In this document: positions 28,890 through 42,463 of the stretch, in pieces
How the letters are laid out: each line of letters begins with the position of its first letter
Numbering within the stretch: the stretch's first letter is position 1
DNA from: an uncultured Gammaproteobacteria bacterium
Lineage (GTDB): Bacteria > Patescibacteriota > Microgenomatia > Levybacterales > GWA1-39-11
NCBI GenBank assembly: GCA_964504535.1
Contig: CAZDED010000006.1
Coordinates: 6,409 to 70,408, forward strand
DNA: 64,000 bases
Direction of reading: 5' to 3'
Notes under the pieces: model-generated
The model's input: the letters and a program-made list of their open reading frames with translations, nothing else
What the model was told of the DNA's origin: nothing
The model's database searches: none
Translations under genes and position numbers: made by a program

Positions 28890-29558
28890 TGAAATATACA
28901 TTTCATGCATATCCACTTTCGAACCTCCTATTCTCCTGTTAACAAATTTTGTAGAGTTTTCTTTTAACATAAACCCTTTTTTATACAACAAATAAGTGGT
29001 CTCAACGATTGTTGCAAATCCGGTACTCTTGTATTTATGTTTTATAAGTAGCTCCACAGCATTTCTCGGATATGCTCTGAATCCATTTGTATAGTCGTGA
29101 ATTGGTAAACCAAAAAGTAACGATTCGAAACCATTAACAAGTTTACTTAATATTTTTCTTTCTGTAGAAGTGCCAAATACTTTGCTTCTTGGTATATATC
29201 GTGATGCTGATGCAACTGAATTCTTGTCAACAAGACTTATTAACTTTGTCAGTTCTTTTGGGTCATGGGACTGGTCTGCGTCCATTTCAACAAAGACTGT
29301 GACTTTTTTATTTTTAAAAGCCTCCTTAAAACCGAAAGTAACTGCAGTTCCTCTCCCTAGCTTTTTTTTGCGTTTCAAATGGACAATCGGATATTTTATC
29401 TGAAGATTTCTTATAACTTCATCAGTATTGTCTTGAGAGTTGTCATCGACAACATAGACTACAATAGAATTTGCATAGTTGTAAATTGAAGGTATAAGAA
29501 TTTTAAGATTCTCTGCTTCATTATATGCTGGAATAATAACTGCTGTTATAATAACCAT
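28851..29558 (-). CDS. GT2 polyprenyl-phosphate glycosyltransferase (DPM1-like)
   Basis: AVIIPAYNEAENL...VVDDNSQDNT and DADQSH motifs are present. Confidence 0.75.
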   Translation of the reverse strand: MVIITAVIIPAYNEAENLKILIPSIYNYANSIVVYVVDDNSQDNTDEVIRNLQIKYPIVHLKRKKKLGRGTAVTFGFKEAFKNKKVTVFVEMDADQSHDPKELTKLISLVDKNSVASASRYIPRSKVFGTSTERKILSKLVNGFESLLFGLPIHDYTNGFRAYPRNAVELLIKHKYKSTGFATIVETTYLLYKKGFMLKENSTKFVNRRIGGSKVDMHEMYISLRDLLRIRFSKI

Positions 29559-29644
29559 ATGAAAAAAATTACATTACTCTTTCTTCTATGGACAATTATA
29601 ATAGTAATTTTGTATTATTACCACTTGATCTGTAGAAAGGGTGT

Positions 29645-31201
29645 ATGCTAAAAATTGCACTTTTAATTGGGGTATATTCATACTGTGTTCTTCTTTTAGG
29701 TTTGATTGGAAAGTTGTCATACCTTCCCATACTGTTCTTAACTTCACTTTTTATCTTAGTAAGTTTTATTTCAATTGTATATAAAAATGAAAAAGTTAGT
29801 TTAGATTTTTTTACAAAACACTATTCACGGTTTGAAATTTTTCTTATTAGTCTTTTTCTCATCGCAACAGGAATTAATTTGGTTGGGGTACTTGGACCGG
29901 AATTAGCTTTTGATTCATTGTGGTACCACCTAACAATACCGAAAATATTTATTATAAATCAGAAGATATTTTACATTACCGGCAACCTTTTTTACTACTC
30001 TTTGATGCCCAAGCTGACCGAAATGCTGTATGTTCCTGCACTACTGTTATCCGGAGAAATACTGGCGAAATTCGTTCATTATTTCTTTGGCTTTCTCTCA
30101 TGCATAGTGCTTTTCAGACTGTCACGACTGTATCTAAGAAAAACACAGTCTTTGTTAGTAGTTTTGCTTTACTATACAAACCCTGTTGTTATGTGGCTTT
30201 CGACTACCGCCTTTTCTGATTTATCAAGAACCTTCTTTGAGCTATTCTCTCTTTATTATTTTGCTTTATTTACAAAAAGTAAAAATAAAACAAACCTATT
30301 AATCAGCGCAGCACTAATGGGCTTTGCAATTGCGACAAAAATTTTATCACTTGGGACTTTGTGTATTTTTATTTTGTTAATTCTCATAACTCACAGGCAA
30401 ACGATAAGAGAGAAAATATATAACGTACTCATGTATACGGGTATGGCGCTTTTCGTACCCTTACCGTGGTTTGTAATTTCATATATAAACACCGGAAATC
30501 CAATATATCCATTATTCTCGCAACTTGGCTTACGCAATTTTACAATAGACTTGTTATCCCCTGTAACTTTTTTAAAAACACTTATCGGTATTTTTGTTTT
30601 TGCTCCCGATCCGGTAACTCCTATATATATTATATTGATGCCTATTGTTTTTGTTGGTTTTTTTGGATTTTTAAAGAAATATTTATTCCTCGTAGTTTTT
30701 TGTATTTTTGCTTATTTTACCTGGTATCTAACTTCTCAATCCGGTGGATCTCGTTTTTTAGTCACTTTTATTGCAACTTTTTCACTGGTTTCCTATATCG
30801 CTCTGTTACAAACAAAAAATTCGGTTATTGCAAAATCTATGGGAGTGGTACTGCTTACTCTTATCATCACAAACACAGCATATAGAGGAATTGCCAGCAT
30901 TAAGTATGTGCCAATAGTACTAGGTGTAGAATCTAAAGAGAGGTTTCTGATGGATCATCTTAATTTTTCTTTTGGTGATTTTTATGATGAGAATGCTGAT
31001 ATTAAAAAAATAGTAGGAAGTGACATGGTTCTCATGAAAAATACCCACAACTTATATTATGTTGATTTTCCATTTACAATTGATGAATGGAATTCAAAGC
31101 ATTATCGCTATGTTTTATATCAAAGCGAGACGAGACCTGATGAAAAAAATTCACTCGTATACAGAAATATTAAAACCCATACATGGTTATATAAATTATG
31201 A
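29645..31201 (+). CDS. GT-C-type polytopic membrane glycosyltransferase
   Basis: The 518-aa protein has about 13 TM helices and is a paralogue of the 26312..28138 gene. Confidence 0.5.
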   Translation: MLKIALLIGVYSYCVLLLGLIGKLSYLPILFLTSLFILVSFISIVYKNEKVSLDFFTKHYSRFEIFLISLFLIATGINLVGVLGPELAFDSLWYHLTIPKIFIINQKIFYITGNLFYYSLMPKLTEMLYVPALLLSGEILAKFVHYFFGFLSCIVLFRLSRLYLRKTQSLLVVLLYYTNPVVMWLSTTAFSDLSRTFFELFSLYYFALFTKSKNKTNLLISAALMGFAIATKILSLGTLCIFILLILITHRQTIREKIYNVLMYTGMALFVPLPWFVISYINTGNPIYPLFSQLGLRNFTIDLLSPVTFLKTLIGIFVFAPDPVTPIYIILMPIVFVGFFGFLKKYLFLVVFCIFAYFTWYLTSQSGGSRFLVTFIATFSLVSYIALLQTKNSVIAKSMGVVLLTLIITNTAYRGIASIKYVPIVLGVESKERFLMDHLNFSFGDFYDENADIKKIVGSDMVLMKNTHNLYYVDFPFTIDEWNSKHYRYVLYQSETRPDEKNSLVYRNIKTHTWLYKL

Positions 31202-32391
31202 TTGAAAAAATTATCCAAAAGTTACTGTTTTTAGTTGTATTAATTTTTCCATTAGGACTTCTTTTAAGAATAAAATTGTACGCAAATGTTTATGTCGTTC
31301 CTCAAGATATTGTTGTAGGTGTTACTGCTGTAATTACTTTGTATTATTACCTAAAAAGAAAAAGATTTCCGAAAAAAAATTTTTTCAAATTTCAGCTACT
31401 TTTTGTTTTTATTGGATTTGTAAGTCTAATTATTAATTTCTCTGTTCATTCTGATGTTAAATTTATCCAATCTTTTCTGTATTCTTTGCGCTATTTATCT
31501 TATTTGTTATTAATTATTGCTCCGATTACAAGCTTATCGGCAAGGAGAATGAAGACCTTATTGTTGTTATCCGGAACACTCATTATAGTTATTGGATTCT
31601 GGCAATTTTTCTTTTACTATGATCTCTTTAAACTATTTTATTTGGGATGGGACAACCATTTATATAGAATGTTCTCGACATTTCTTGACCCTAATTTTGC
31701 CGGAGTATTCTTTGTTGTATTTCTTTTTTACATAGTTTGGCGAATAGTAAACAATAGATTTGAGTATGTTTATAAAGAAATAATTATAGCATTTTGTACT
31801 TTTATAGCGATATACCTAACCTTTTCCAGAACAGCCCTTGTAGCACTTCTAGCAGGTATTATAAGCTTTGCCATTTTGAAGAAGAAAATGAAAGAAGTCC
31901 TTCTTGTAATTGTCTTATTAACAGCTTTTTTATTTCTCATATCAGATACCCACGTGGAGGGACTTAATCCACTGAGAACTGCTTCTTCAAGTAAGCGTAT
32001 AGATTCAGTAAAAGAATCCCTAGATATTATTTCGAAAAATCCAATCGTTGGTGTTGGATTTAATGCGTTCAGGTATGCACAGTTGCGTTATGGGTATCGG
32101 AATGAGAAAGGAGCATCATGGAGTAATGCGGATGCAGGAACCGACAACAGCTTTCTTTTTGCTATGTCTACAACGGGTGTAGTTGGAATAACTATCTACT
32201 TAATTTCTTTTTACTACCTCGGGAAAGATATAATTTCGAAACAAAAAAAAATTCGAACTTTCTTAATACCCATCATGATAGCAATTTGTGTCGCAAGTTT
32301 CTTTACAAATATACTTTTTTATACTCCAATCCTTACTTTTTGGTTTTTATCAATGAGAGTGATGGGTGTGGGATCTAAGGTTGATAGGTAA
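31198..32391 (+). CDS. O-antigen ligase/polymerase-like (Wzy_C domain) membrane protein
   Basis: It has about 10 TM helices and the Wzy_C-like segment FSRTALVALLAGIISFAIL followed by a periplasmic loop. Confidence 0.55.
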   Translation: MIEKIIQKLLFLVVLIFPLGLLLRIKLYANVYVVPQDIVVGVTAVITLYYYLKRKRFPKKNFFKFQLLFVFIGFVSLIINFSVHSDVKFIQSFLYSLRYLSYLLLIIAPITSLSARRMKTLLLLSGTLIIVIGFWQFFFYYDLFKLFYLGWDNHLYRMFSTFLDPNFAGVFFVVFLFYIVWRIVNNRFEYVYKEIIIAFCTFIAIYLTFSRTALVALLAGIISFAILKKKMKEVLLVIVLLTAFLFLISDTHVEGLNPLRTASSSKRIDSVKESLDIISKNPIVGVGFNAFRYAQLRYGYRNEKGASWSNADAGTDNSFLFAMSTTGVVGITIYLISFYYLGKDIISKQKKIRTFLIPIMIAICVASFFTNILFYTPILTFWFLSMRVMGVGSKVDR

Positions 32392-33106
32392 CCTTTAACT
32401 GCTTCTGTGTTTTAGCACCTGCTGGATTTTGAGCCTCAACAGTTACTTGGTTCTCACCATCGTTTAACTGAAGTTGATAAGAGAATTTGCCAGAAGTATC
32501 GACGATTGCCCTGAACGAATTTACTGATACCGTGTTGTCTGGGTCCGTGGATCCAGTGACGGTTATGTTCTTGTCAGCTTTTGTATATGTTCCTCCATCA
32601 TTTGGGAAAGAAACCTCAAGCTTTGGTTTGTCATTTAAATAGTTAACAACATAATCCTGAGTGAACGAGCTTGTTTTATCTCCCTTAACAAAACGGGCTT
32701 TTACGGTGTTAGTTCCTTTTTTCAATGGAAGGCCATTGATCTGGAAATCTGCCTTACTATGAATAACTATTTCATCTTCAAGTTCGTCATTTACATACAG
32801 CTCAACCGTCCCACTCTTGTCTGGTGCTACGCCGCTAAATGATATCGTTGCACTTTGAGTCGCCTCAGCTACTCCAATGAGGGTAGGGGGTTGGAGTAAT
32901 TCTTGCCCAACGACCTGCGTGTCGCTTTTGTCTCCTCCTCGCAAGGTGTATACAACATTCCCAAAAATATTAATCAGAATTGGTCCAAACTGAACTAAAA
33001 TCACCAAAAGTACAACAATGCCTATCGTGAACAATAGGGCTTGTCTTTTATTCTGCTTTTCATTAGTCCTAGAAAGCCTGGAAGTTCTTATACGTCTTCG
33101 GATCAT
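32375..33106 (-). CDS. hypothetical type-II membrane protein with Ig-like (Big) beta-rich extracellular domains
   Basis: An Arg-rich N-terminus and one TM segment are followed by Thr/Val-rich beta repeats. It overlaps atpC by no more than a few nt and is co-oriented with it. Confidence 0.4.
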   Translation of the reverse strand: MIRRRIRTSRLSRTNEKQNKRQALLFTIGIVVLLVILVQFGPILINIFGNVVYTLRGGDKSDTQVVGQELLQPPTLIGVAEATQSATISFSGVAPDKSGTVELYVNDELEDEIVIHSKADFQINGLPLKKGTNTVKARFVKGDKTSSFTQDYVVNYLNDKPKLEVSFPNDGGTYTKADKNITVTGSTDPDNTVSVNSFRAIVDTSGKFSYQLQLNDGENQVTVEAQNPAGAKTQKQLKVTYQP

Positions 33107-33112
33107 AATGGA

Positions 33113-33547
33113 TTAGTGGTGTTTCATTTTGTCAGCAATTTTTAATTCGAGCAAAGACTTTTGTAGTTGTCGTTCTGCCATTATTAAGTCTGCTGTCCCT
33201 TGCTTATTTGCTATAAATTCTTCGGCTTGCTTCTTTGCCTCTACGGCTCGTGCAATTTGTATATTTTCCGCTTTTACTGCATAATCCGAGAGAATTGTGA
33301 CTACATCATTTTTTACCTCTAAAAAACCACCAACAATTGCAATAACAGTGTTTTTGCCCCCTTTAATAATTGTTATAGTTCCTTCTGTTAATTTTGAAAA
33401 TAACGGTATATGGTGAGGAAGTATAGCAATTTCACCTTTATCTGTTGGAAGCAAAGCCTCATCTACAGATTCATTGAACACTTCACCTAATGGTGACAAA
33501 ATTTGGAGTTGAAACATAAGAATTAAACTGGTTTCTAACCTGTTCAA
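33113..33547 (-). CDS. atpC: F0F1 ATP synthase subunit epsilon
   Basis: The N-terminal beta-sandwich motif LQILSPLGEVF...AILPHHIPL is present, and the gene lies downstream of atpD. Confidence 0.85.
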   Translation of the reverse strand: MNRLETSLILMFQLQILSPLGEVFNESVDEALLPTDKGEIAILPHHIPLFSKLTEGTITIIKGGKNTVIAIVGGFLEVKNDVVTILSDYAVKAENIQIARAVEAKKQAEEFIANKQGTADLIMAERQLQKSLLELKIADKMKHH

Positions 33548-33580
33548 CGAACCTTCATTATTTGCGATAAAGCAAGTTCG

Positions 33581-35811
<2,231 letters not shown>

Positions 35812-35815
35812 AATT

Positions 35816-37330
35816 TTACTTAACTGTCTTTTTAAAACTGGTTACAACGGTTTTGAGTTCTTCGATGGTTTTGTCATCCATCTTTTCACCGTTCTCAAGT
35901 TTTTTGAGAAGTCCTTTATTTTTTACCCTAATAAAGTCAATTATTCTCTGTTCAAACATACCAATCTGGTCAACAGGGAAATCATCCAGTAGGCCGGTTG
36001 CAGCTGAATAAATGCTAACAACTTGTTCAAATTCTGAAAGAGGAGAGTATTGTGGTTGCTTGAGTATTTCAGCAACTCTTTTACCACGCTCTATTTTTTT
36101 GAGTGTTTCTTCATCTAAATCGCTTCCAAATTGGGCAAATGCAGCAAGTTCCCTGTACTGTGCGCTTTCAAGACGAAGGGGGCCAGCAATTTGTTTCATG
36201 ATTTTTGTTTGTGCGGCGCCACCAACACGTGAAACTGACTGACCGGTGTTTATAGCCGGTCTTACACCTTGATTGAAAAGATCATTCTCAAGATATATTT
36301 GCCCATCAGTAATAGAGATGACATTCGTGGGGATGTATGCCGAGTTATCTGCTGCTTGTGTCTCAATAATGGGGAGAGCAGTAAGTGATCCTCCACCTAA
36401 TTTGTCAGACATTCGTGAGGATCGTTCCAGAATTCTTGAATGGAGGTAAAAAATATCTCCTGGATATGCTTCACGCCCAGCTGGGCGCTTAAGTAAAAGA
36501 GAGATCTGTCTATATGCCCATGCATGTTTTGAGAAATCGTCAAATACTACGAGAACATCTTCTCCACGATCCATAAAATATTCTCCAATTGCAGTTGCTG
36601 CAAAGGGTGCTAGGTACTGAAGTGCTGCAGAATCAGATGAGGATGCGGCAACAACGATTGTATATTCCATTGCTCCCTCTTCCTCAAGTTTTCCGATTAT
36701 GCGGGCGATATTGCTTCTTTTTTGGCCAATAGCGCAATAAATACATATTACTTTCTTAAGACCGAGATCCTTTTTCTTTTGGTTTATAATAGTGTCAATT
36801 GCTATTGCTGTTTTTCCGGTATTTCTGTCACCAATAATAAGTTCCCGTTGACCGCGTCCAATAGGGGTCATTGCATCAATAGCTTTTATTCCTGTTTTTA
36901 AAGGCGTGTCCACCGATTGTCTTTCGATAACTCCGGGGGCGATTTTTTCCAATGGGTAGAGTGGTCCCTTTAAAGCTAGTCTTTTACCGTCAAGAGGATT
37001 TTGTAATGGATCTACGACGCGCCCAATAAGCTCATCACTTCCCGTAATGCCTAAAATTCTACCAGTTGTTTTGATATTGTCTCCCTCCTGGATGTCCAAA
37101 CTTTCTGTTAGAAGTATTATTGAGGTGAGGTCCTCATTTAAATTGAAGGAGAGTCCACGTGCTCCATTTTTGAATTCTACTTCCTCACCAAATCCTACCC
37201 TGGAGAGTCCTGATGCTTGGATAATACCATCACCAACGCTTTGTACGACTCCCACATTTTCCATCTTAGGATTGAGATGTACTGTGGCAAGTCTCTTTTC
37301 AATTTGTTTTAGCAAATCTTCTTGTTTCAT
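35816..37330 (-). CDS. atpA: F0F1 ATP synthase subunit alpha
   Basis: The Walker A (GDRNTGKT) motif and the typical alpha-subunit C-terminus are present. Confidence 0.95.
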   Translation of the reverse strand: MKQEDLLKQIEKRLATVHLNPKMENVGVVQSVGDGIIQASGLSRVGFGEEVEFKNGARGLSFNLNEDLTSIILLTESLDIQEGDNIKTTGRILGITGSDELIGRVVDPLQNPLDGKRLALKGPLYPLEKIAPGVIERQSVDTPLKTGIKAIDAMTPIGRGQRELIIGDRNTGKTAIAIDTIINQKKKDLGLKKVICIYCAIGQKRSNIARIIGKLEEEGAMEYTIVVAASSSDSAALQYLAPFAATAIGEYFMDRGEDVLVVFDDFSKHAWAYRQISLLLKRPAGREAYPGDIFYLHSRILERSSRMSDKLGGGSLTALPIIETQAADNSAYIPTNVISITDGQIYLENDLFNQGVRPAINTGQSVSRVGGAAQTKIMKQIAGPLRLESAQYRELAAFAQFGSDLDEETLKKIERGKRVAEILKQPQYSPLSEFEQVVSIYSAATGLLDDFPVDQIGMFEQRIIDFIRVKNKGLLKKLENGEKMDDKTIEELKTVVTSFKKTVK

Positions 37331-37331
37331 A

Positions 37332-37685
37332 TTAATCTTTTAGAGTATCGATTGTATCATTTATATATTTTTTAAATGTAAAATCGACTATATTGTCATT
37401 TTGTCTAATTTTCAACCCCGCACCTAACGTTGGGTCAATTACTAGCATAATATCCTTTTTTTTATACAAATTTTTAAGTGATTTCATGTTGTTTTCGGAA
37501 AGATTCTCTGGACTATATACAAAAATCCTTTTTTTGTCTAGCTCAATTTTATAGAAACGCATAAACATCTTGAGATCCTTCTTGCTAAAGTAATTTATTA
37601 CGTATGTTGAAACATCTTCAGGTATTGAACTGCTTTGAGTAGCAAAAATTGCCAATTGTTTTATTTTTTTTTCCTTATTATTCAT
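37332..37685 (-). CDS. atpH: F0F1 ATP synthase subunit delta (OSCP), unusually short
   Basis: Its position between atpF and atpA is conserved. The C-terminus ([23 protein letters not shown]) resembles the OSCP C-terminal region. At 117 aa it is well short of the usual ~180 aa. Confidence 0.6.
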   Translation of the reverse strand: MNNKEKKIKQLAIFATQSSSIPEDVSTYVINYFSKKDLKMFMRFYKIELDKKRIFVYSPENLSENNMKSLKNLYKKKDIMLVIDPTLGAGLKIRQNDNIVDFTFKKYINDTIDTLKD

Positions 37686-38181
37686 GGTTCTTTATTTTTG
37701 TTAGACTTTTTTTGATAAGTGTTTCTTGCTCTTTCCTATCAAAAAGATTTTCAATTGTTGAGGATAAAATTTGTCTTGATAACTCAAGTGACATATTTTT
37801 TGCTTCCTTCGTAAAGTTCTCTTTTTCAAGTTCAATTTGAGCTTTTGTCGCTTCCATCATTGATGCTATCTCATTCTTTGTCTCTTCAAGCATTAACTCT
37901 CTACTTGATGCTGCTTGATTCTTTGCCTCATTTATTATCCGTTCGGCTTCTTTACCTGCCTTACTTAATATTTCGTCTTTTTTTGATTCAGCTTCTTCTA
38001 GAGCTTTTTGTGCTTTTTCTGCATCCAATAGCCCTTTTTTTATTGTGGTTTTTCTTTTGTTTAAAACTGCCAGTAACGGCTTGTAAAGAAACCTTTTGAA
38101 TACAAAAGCAATCACCAAAAAATTAACTATTTGCGCAGCAAATAATTTTAGATCAAATCCAAATTGATTAAGAATTTCCAT
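37678..38181 (-). CDS. atpF: F0F1 ATP synthase subunit b
   Basis: An N-terminal TM segment is followed by a long charged coiled coil, and the gene lies between atpE and atpH. Confidence 0.8.
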   Translation of the reverse strand: MEILNQFGFDLKLFAAQIVNFLVIAFVFKRFLYKPLLAVLNKRKTTIKKGLLDAEKAQKALEEAESKKDEILSKAGKEAERIINEAKNQAASSRELMLEETKNEIASMMEATKAQIELEKENFTKEAKNMSLELSRQILSSTIENLFDRKEQETLIKKSLTKIKNHE

Positions 38182-38212
38182 AATTTAAAACTCTTCAACA
38201 AAATGGCATTTA

Positions 38213-39185
<973 letters not shown>

Positions 39186-39196
39186 TAAGGAATGTT

Positions 39197-39225
39197 ATTG
39201 TACCTAACCTCAAAATCTAAGTCAA
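39197..39225 (-). promoter_or_regulatory. putative internal sigma70-type promoter for the atp operon (TTGACT-17-TACAAT), 11 nt upstream of the atpB ATG
   Basis: The minus strand reads TTGACTtagattttgaggttaggTACAATaacattccttaATG, and the element sits between the dnaE stop and the atpB start. Confidence 0.5.
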
Positions 39226-39243
39226 TGCCTATATGTATTGACA

Positions 39244-42200
39244 TTAGTTAAGGATTCGTACTCCCTCAACAATTATGACGGGGAGTTCTTCTTTAAAATC
39301 TAGTTTGCCTTCCATAATAACAATAGCATCCTTCACTAAATATGACTTTGATTTCTCAAATATCTTTGGAAAAACTACACACTCAATGCTTACTCCTAAA
39401 TGATCCTCCAATGAGACAAAAGCCATTTCTTCATTCGATCTTTTTGTAAAAATCTTTTTGATAGAAGATATAAGACCGCCAATTTTAATTCTTGCTCCAT
39501 TATTTACTTCAGGCAGATCAGAAATTTTATGCGTCGCAAATGTAAGAAGGGTATTAAGTTTGTAATTGAGTGGGTGATCAGATAGGAAAAAACCCAATAA
39601 TTCACGTTCAAACATCAATTTTTCGCTATCGGTGAAATCTTCAATATCCTGTATGGAGCCGTCTATCAGTGGTTCTGATGTCTCTGATGGGAGGTCAGCA
39701 AATAGACTTACTTGATTGACTGGTTTTTTGACCGGTTTTTTCGTTATGGATGAAACAATATTTGTGATAGAAAACAACATTGAAGCTCTTTTTCCGAATT
39801 CGTCAAATACTCCTGCTTTGATAAGACTTTCGAGTGTTTTTTTATTTACTTTTGAGAGATCAACCCGAGAGCAGAAATTGCCAAGATCTTTAAATTCTCC
39901 ATTCCTGCGTGCCTCAAGAACAGTTGTTATTGCTGCCGTGCCAACATTTTTTACTGCTGAAAGCCCAAATCTCACTTTATTTTCCTCGATGGAAAAGTCT
40001 TGAAGGGACTTGTTGACATTGGGACCCAGTACATCAATTTTTAGTCTTTTACACTCAGCAACTGCTACCGAAATTTTCTCATTTTTTTGAGGACCGGTTG
40101 AGCCCCGCGACTCTGCTGTCAGAAGAGCGGTCATAAATTCTACCGGGTAATGTGCTTTAAGATAGGCGGTTCTGAATGCTATTGTTGCATAGCATGAGGC
40201 GTGTGCCTTATTAAATCCATATCCTGCAAACGGAGCTATAAGCTCAAATATTTCCTCTGCTTTATTTTGAGTTAGACCATTTTTAACTGCTCCGGCAAGA
40301 AAAATCTCTTTCTGTTTTTTCATTTCTGCAGGAATTTTCTTACCCATTGCTTTGCGGAATTTATCAGCATCAAGCCACGTATATCCGGCAAGCGCAATTG
40401 TAGTTAGAAGCACATCATCTTGAAATGTTAAGATTCCATAGGAGTTTGCTAAGATCTGCTCAAGTCTCGGATCTGGAAATGAAATTTTTGATGGGTCGTG
40501 CTTTCGTGCTATAAAGTCCGGAATATTTTGCATAGGTCCTGGTCTATAGAGTGCAACCATAGCCATAACATCAAATATGGTGGTTGGTTTTAGTTCTTTT
40601 ATGTACCGTCTCATGCCCGCAGACTCAAGTTGAAATATTCCCGTTGTTTCCCCACTTGCTAGGAGTTTATACGTAGGAGGGTCGTCGTATGAAATCTTTT
40701 GGAAATCTATTTCTTTATTTTGATTTTCTTTAATAAATCGAAGGGCTTCTTGGATAATGGTAAGGTTGCGAAGTCCCAAAAAGTCCATTTTTAGTAAGCC
40801 AACCCCATCTTCACCGACCGTATACATATCGTATTGGGTTACGATCTTGTCACCATTCGTTTCTTTCTGAAGTGGTACATATTCGGTAAGATCTTTATCT
40901 GCGATAACTACTCCAGCCGCATGAACGGATGCATGGCGAGCAACACCATTCAATTTTTTTGCTATGTCCAAAAGACGTTTTGTTTCTGGTTCTGTGTTAT
41001 ATGCATTCTTAAGATCTGGACTTTGGGTAAGTGCCAGATCAATTGTCATGTGATGGCCTTGCCAACCGGGAGGAATCATTTTTGAAATTCTGTCTGGTTG
41101 AGCATATGGCATGCCGAGAGCACGGCCTGCATCACGAACACTTCCACGAGCCTCCATCGTACCAAACGTTATTATTTGGGCGACTTTATCATGTCCATAC
41201 TTTTCAGTTACATATTGTATTACCTCGTCGCGCCTTGTATCTGCAAAATCAAGATCGATATCAGGTGCTGAAGGTCTTTCAGGATTTAGGAATCTTTCGA
41301 AAGGCAATTTGAAATAAAATGGGTCAACATCAGTAATTCTTAGTATGTAGGAGACGACAGATCCTGCCGCTGATCCTCTTCCCGGGCCAACACTGATTCC
41401 ATGATCCTTTGCCCAGTTAACAAAATCTGCAACTGTCAAAAAGTATGTTTCATACCCTTTTTTGAGTATCACATCAATTTCATAATTGATTCTTTCTCGT
41501 ATTTCAGGTGTTACTTCCGGATATCGTTGGGGTAAGCGTTCTTCGATAAGGGCATTAAAATATTCTGCAGTTGTCATGCCCTTTGGAACATCGTATTGTG
41601 GCATGATCCATTTTCCGAGTGTCAGTTCGAGATTGCACATATCAGCAATTTTTACCGAATTTGTGATGGCTTCAGGGACGTCCTTAAATGCTTCGCTCAT
41701 TTCGTCGGCAGATTTGATATAGAAATCCGGAGAATCGATCATAGAGAGTTTGCGTCCTTCATCAAGCATGGTTGTTTGGGTTCCTATACAAAGTAGTAGC
41801 TCCTGGGCTGCAGCATCATCTTTTTCTATATAATGATTATCATTCGTAGCAATTAGCCCAACGCCAAATTCTTTTGAAAGAGCTATCAGTTTTTCGTTCA
41901 GTTCTGCTTGGGGTGGAACATGAATATGTCTTTGAATTTCAAGAAATAAATTTTCCTTGCCGTATATGTCGATGAGTGTTTCTAGTCTTTTTCTGCCTTC
42001 TGCCTCTTTTCCTTCGAGTAACGGTTCACCTACATATCCGTTGACGCATGCAGTCAGACAAATTAGTCCTTCACTGTATTTTTTAAGTAATGCAACATCA
42101 GTTCTTGGTTTGTAATAAAAACCTTCTAAGTGTGAGATTGTTATAATTTTAAGAAGGTTTTTGTAGCCTGCAAGATCTTTTGCCAAAAGTATGAGGTGGT

Positions 42201-42459
42201 TGTAGTCTTTATCAACACCGGCTTCTTTATCATGAAGGCTTCTTTTAGCGACGTAAATTTCGCAGCCGATAATTGGCTTTATTTCTTCAGAAAGACACTT
42301 TTTATAAAATTTAATCGCTCCATAAAGATTTCCATGATCCGTTATTGCTATCGCTTTCATTCCTTGCTTTTTAGCGTACTCAACCATGGGATCAATTCTT
42401 GACAAACCGTCAAGCAATGAATATTCGCTATGATTATGAAGATGAACATATTCCTTCAT
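39244..42459 (-). CDS. dnaE: DNA polymerase III subunit alpha
   Basis: An N-terminal PHP domain (HLHNHSEYSLLDG), the polymerase core and an OB-fold are present in a 1071-aa protein. Confidence 0.95.
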   Translation of the reverse strand: MKEYVHLHNHSEYSLLDGLSRIDPMVEYAKKQGMKAIAITDHGNLYGAIKFYKKCLSEEIKPIIGCEIYVAKRSLHDKEAGVDKDYNHLILLAKDLAGYKNLLKIITISHLEGFYYKPRTDVALLKKYSEGLICLTACVNGYVGEPLLEGKEAEGRKRLETLIDIYGKENLFLEIQRHIHVPPQAELNEKLIALSKEFGVGLIATNDNHYIEKDDAAAQELLLCIGTQTTMLDEGRKLSMIDSPDFYIKSADEMSEAFKDVPEAITNSVKIADMCNLELTLGKWIMPQYDVPKGMTTAEYFNALIEERLPQRYPEVTPEIRERINYEIDVILKKGYETYFLTVADFVNWAKDHGISVGPGRGSAAGSVVSYILRITDVDPFYFKLPFERFLNPERPSAPDIDLDFADTRRDEVIQYVTEKYGHDKVAQIITFGTMEARGSVRDAGRALGMPYAQPDRISKMIPPGWQGHHMTIDLALTQSPDLKNAYNTEPETKRLLDIAKKLNGVARHASVHAAGVVIADKDLTEYVPLQKETNGDKIVTQYDMYTVGEDGVGLLKMDFLGLRNLTIIQEALRFIKENQNKEIDFQKISYDDPPTYKLLASGETTGIFQLESAGMRRYIKELKPTTIFDVMAMVALYRPGPMQNIPDFIARKHDPSKISFPDPRLEQILANSYGILTFQDDVLLTTIALAGYTWLDADKFRKAMGKKIPAEMKKQKEIFLAGAVKNGLTQNKAEEIFELIAPFAGYGFNKAHASCYATIAFRTAYLKAHYPVEFMTALLTAESRGSTGPQKNEKISVAVAECKRLKIDVLGPNVNKSLQDFSIEENKVRFGLSAVKNVGTAAITTVLEARRNGEFKDLGNFCSRVDLSKVNKKTLESLIKAGVFDEFGKRASMLFSITNIVSSITKKPVKKPVNQVSLFADLPSETSEPLIDGSIQDIEDFTDSEKLMFERELLGFFLSDHPLNYKLNTLLTFATHKISDLPEVNNGARIKIGGLISSIKKIFTKRSNEEMAFVSLEDHLGVSIECVVFPKIFEKSKSYLVKDAIVIMEGKLDFKEELPVIIVEGVRILN

Positions 42460-42463
42460 ATAT

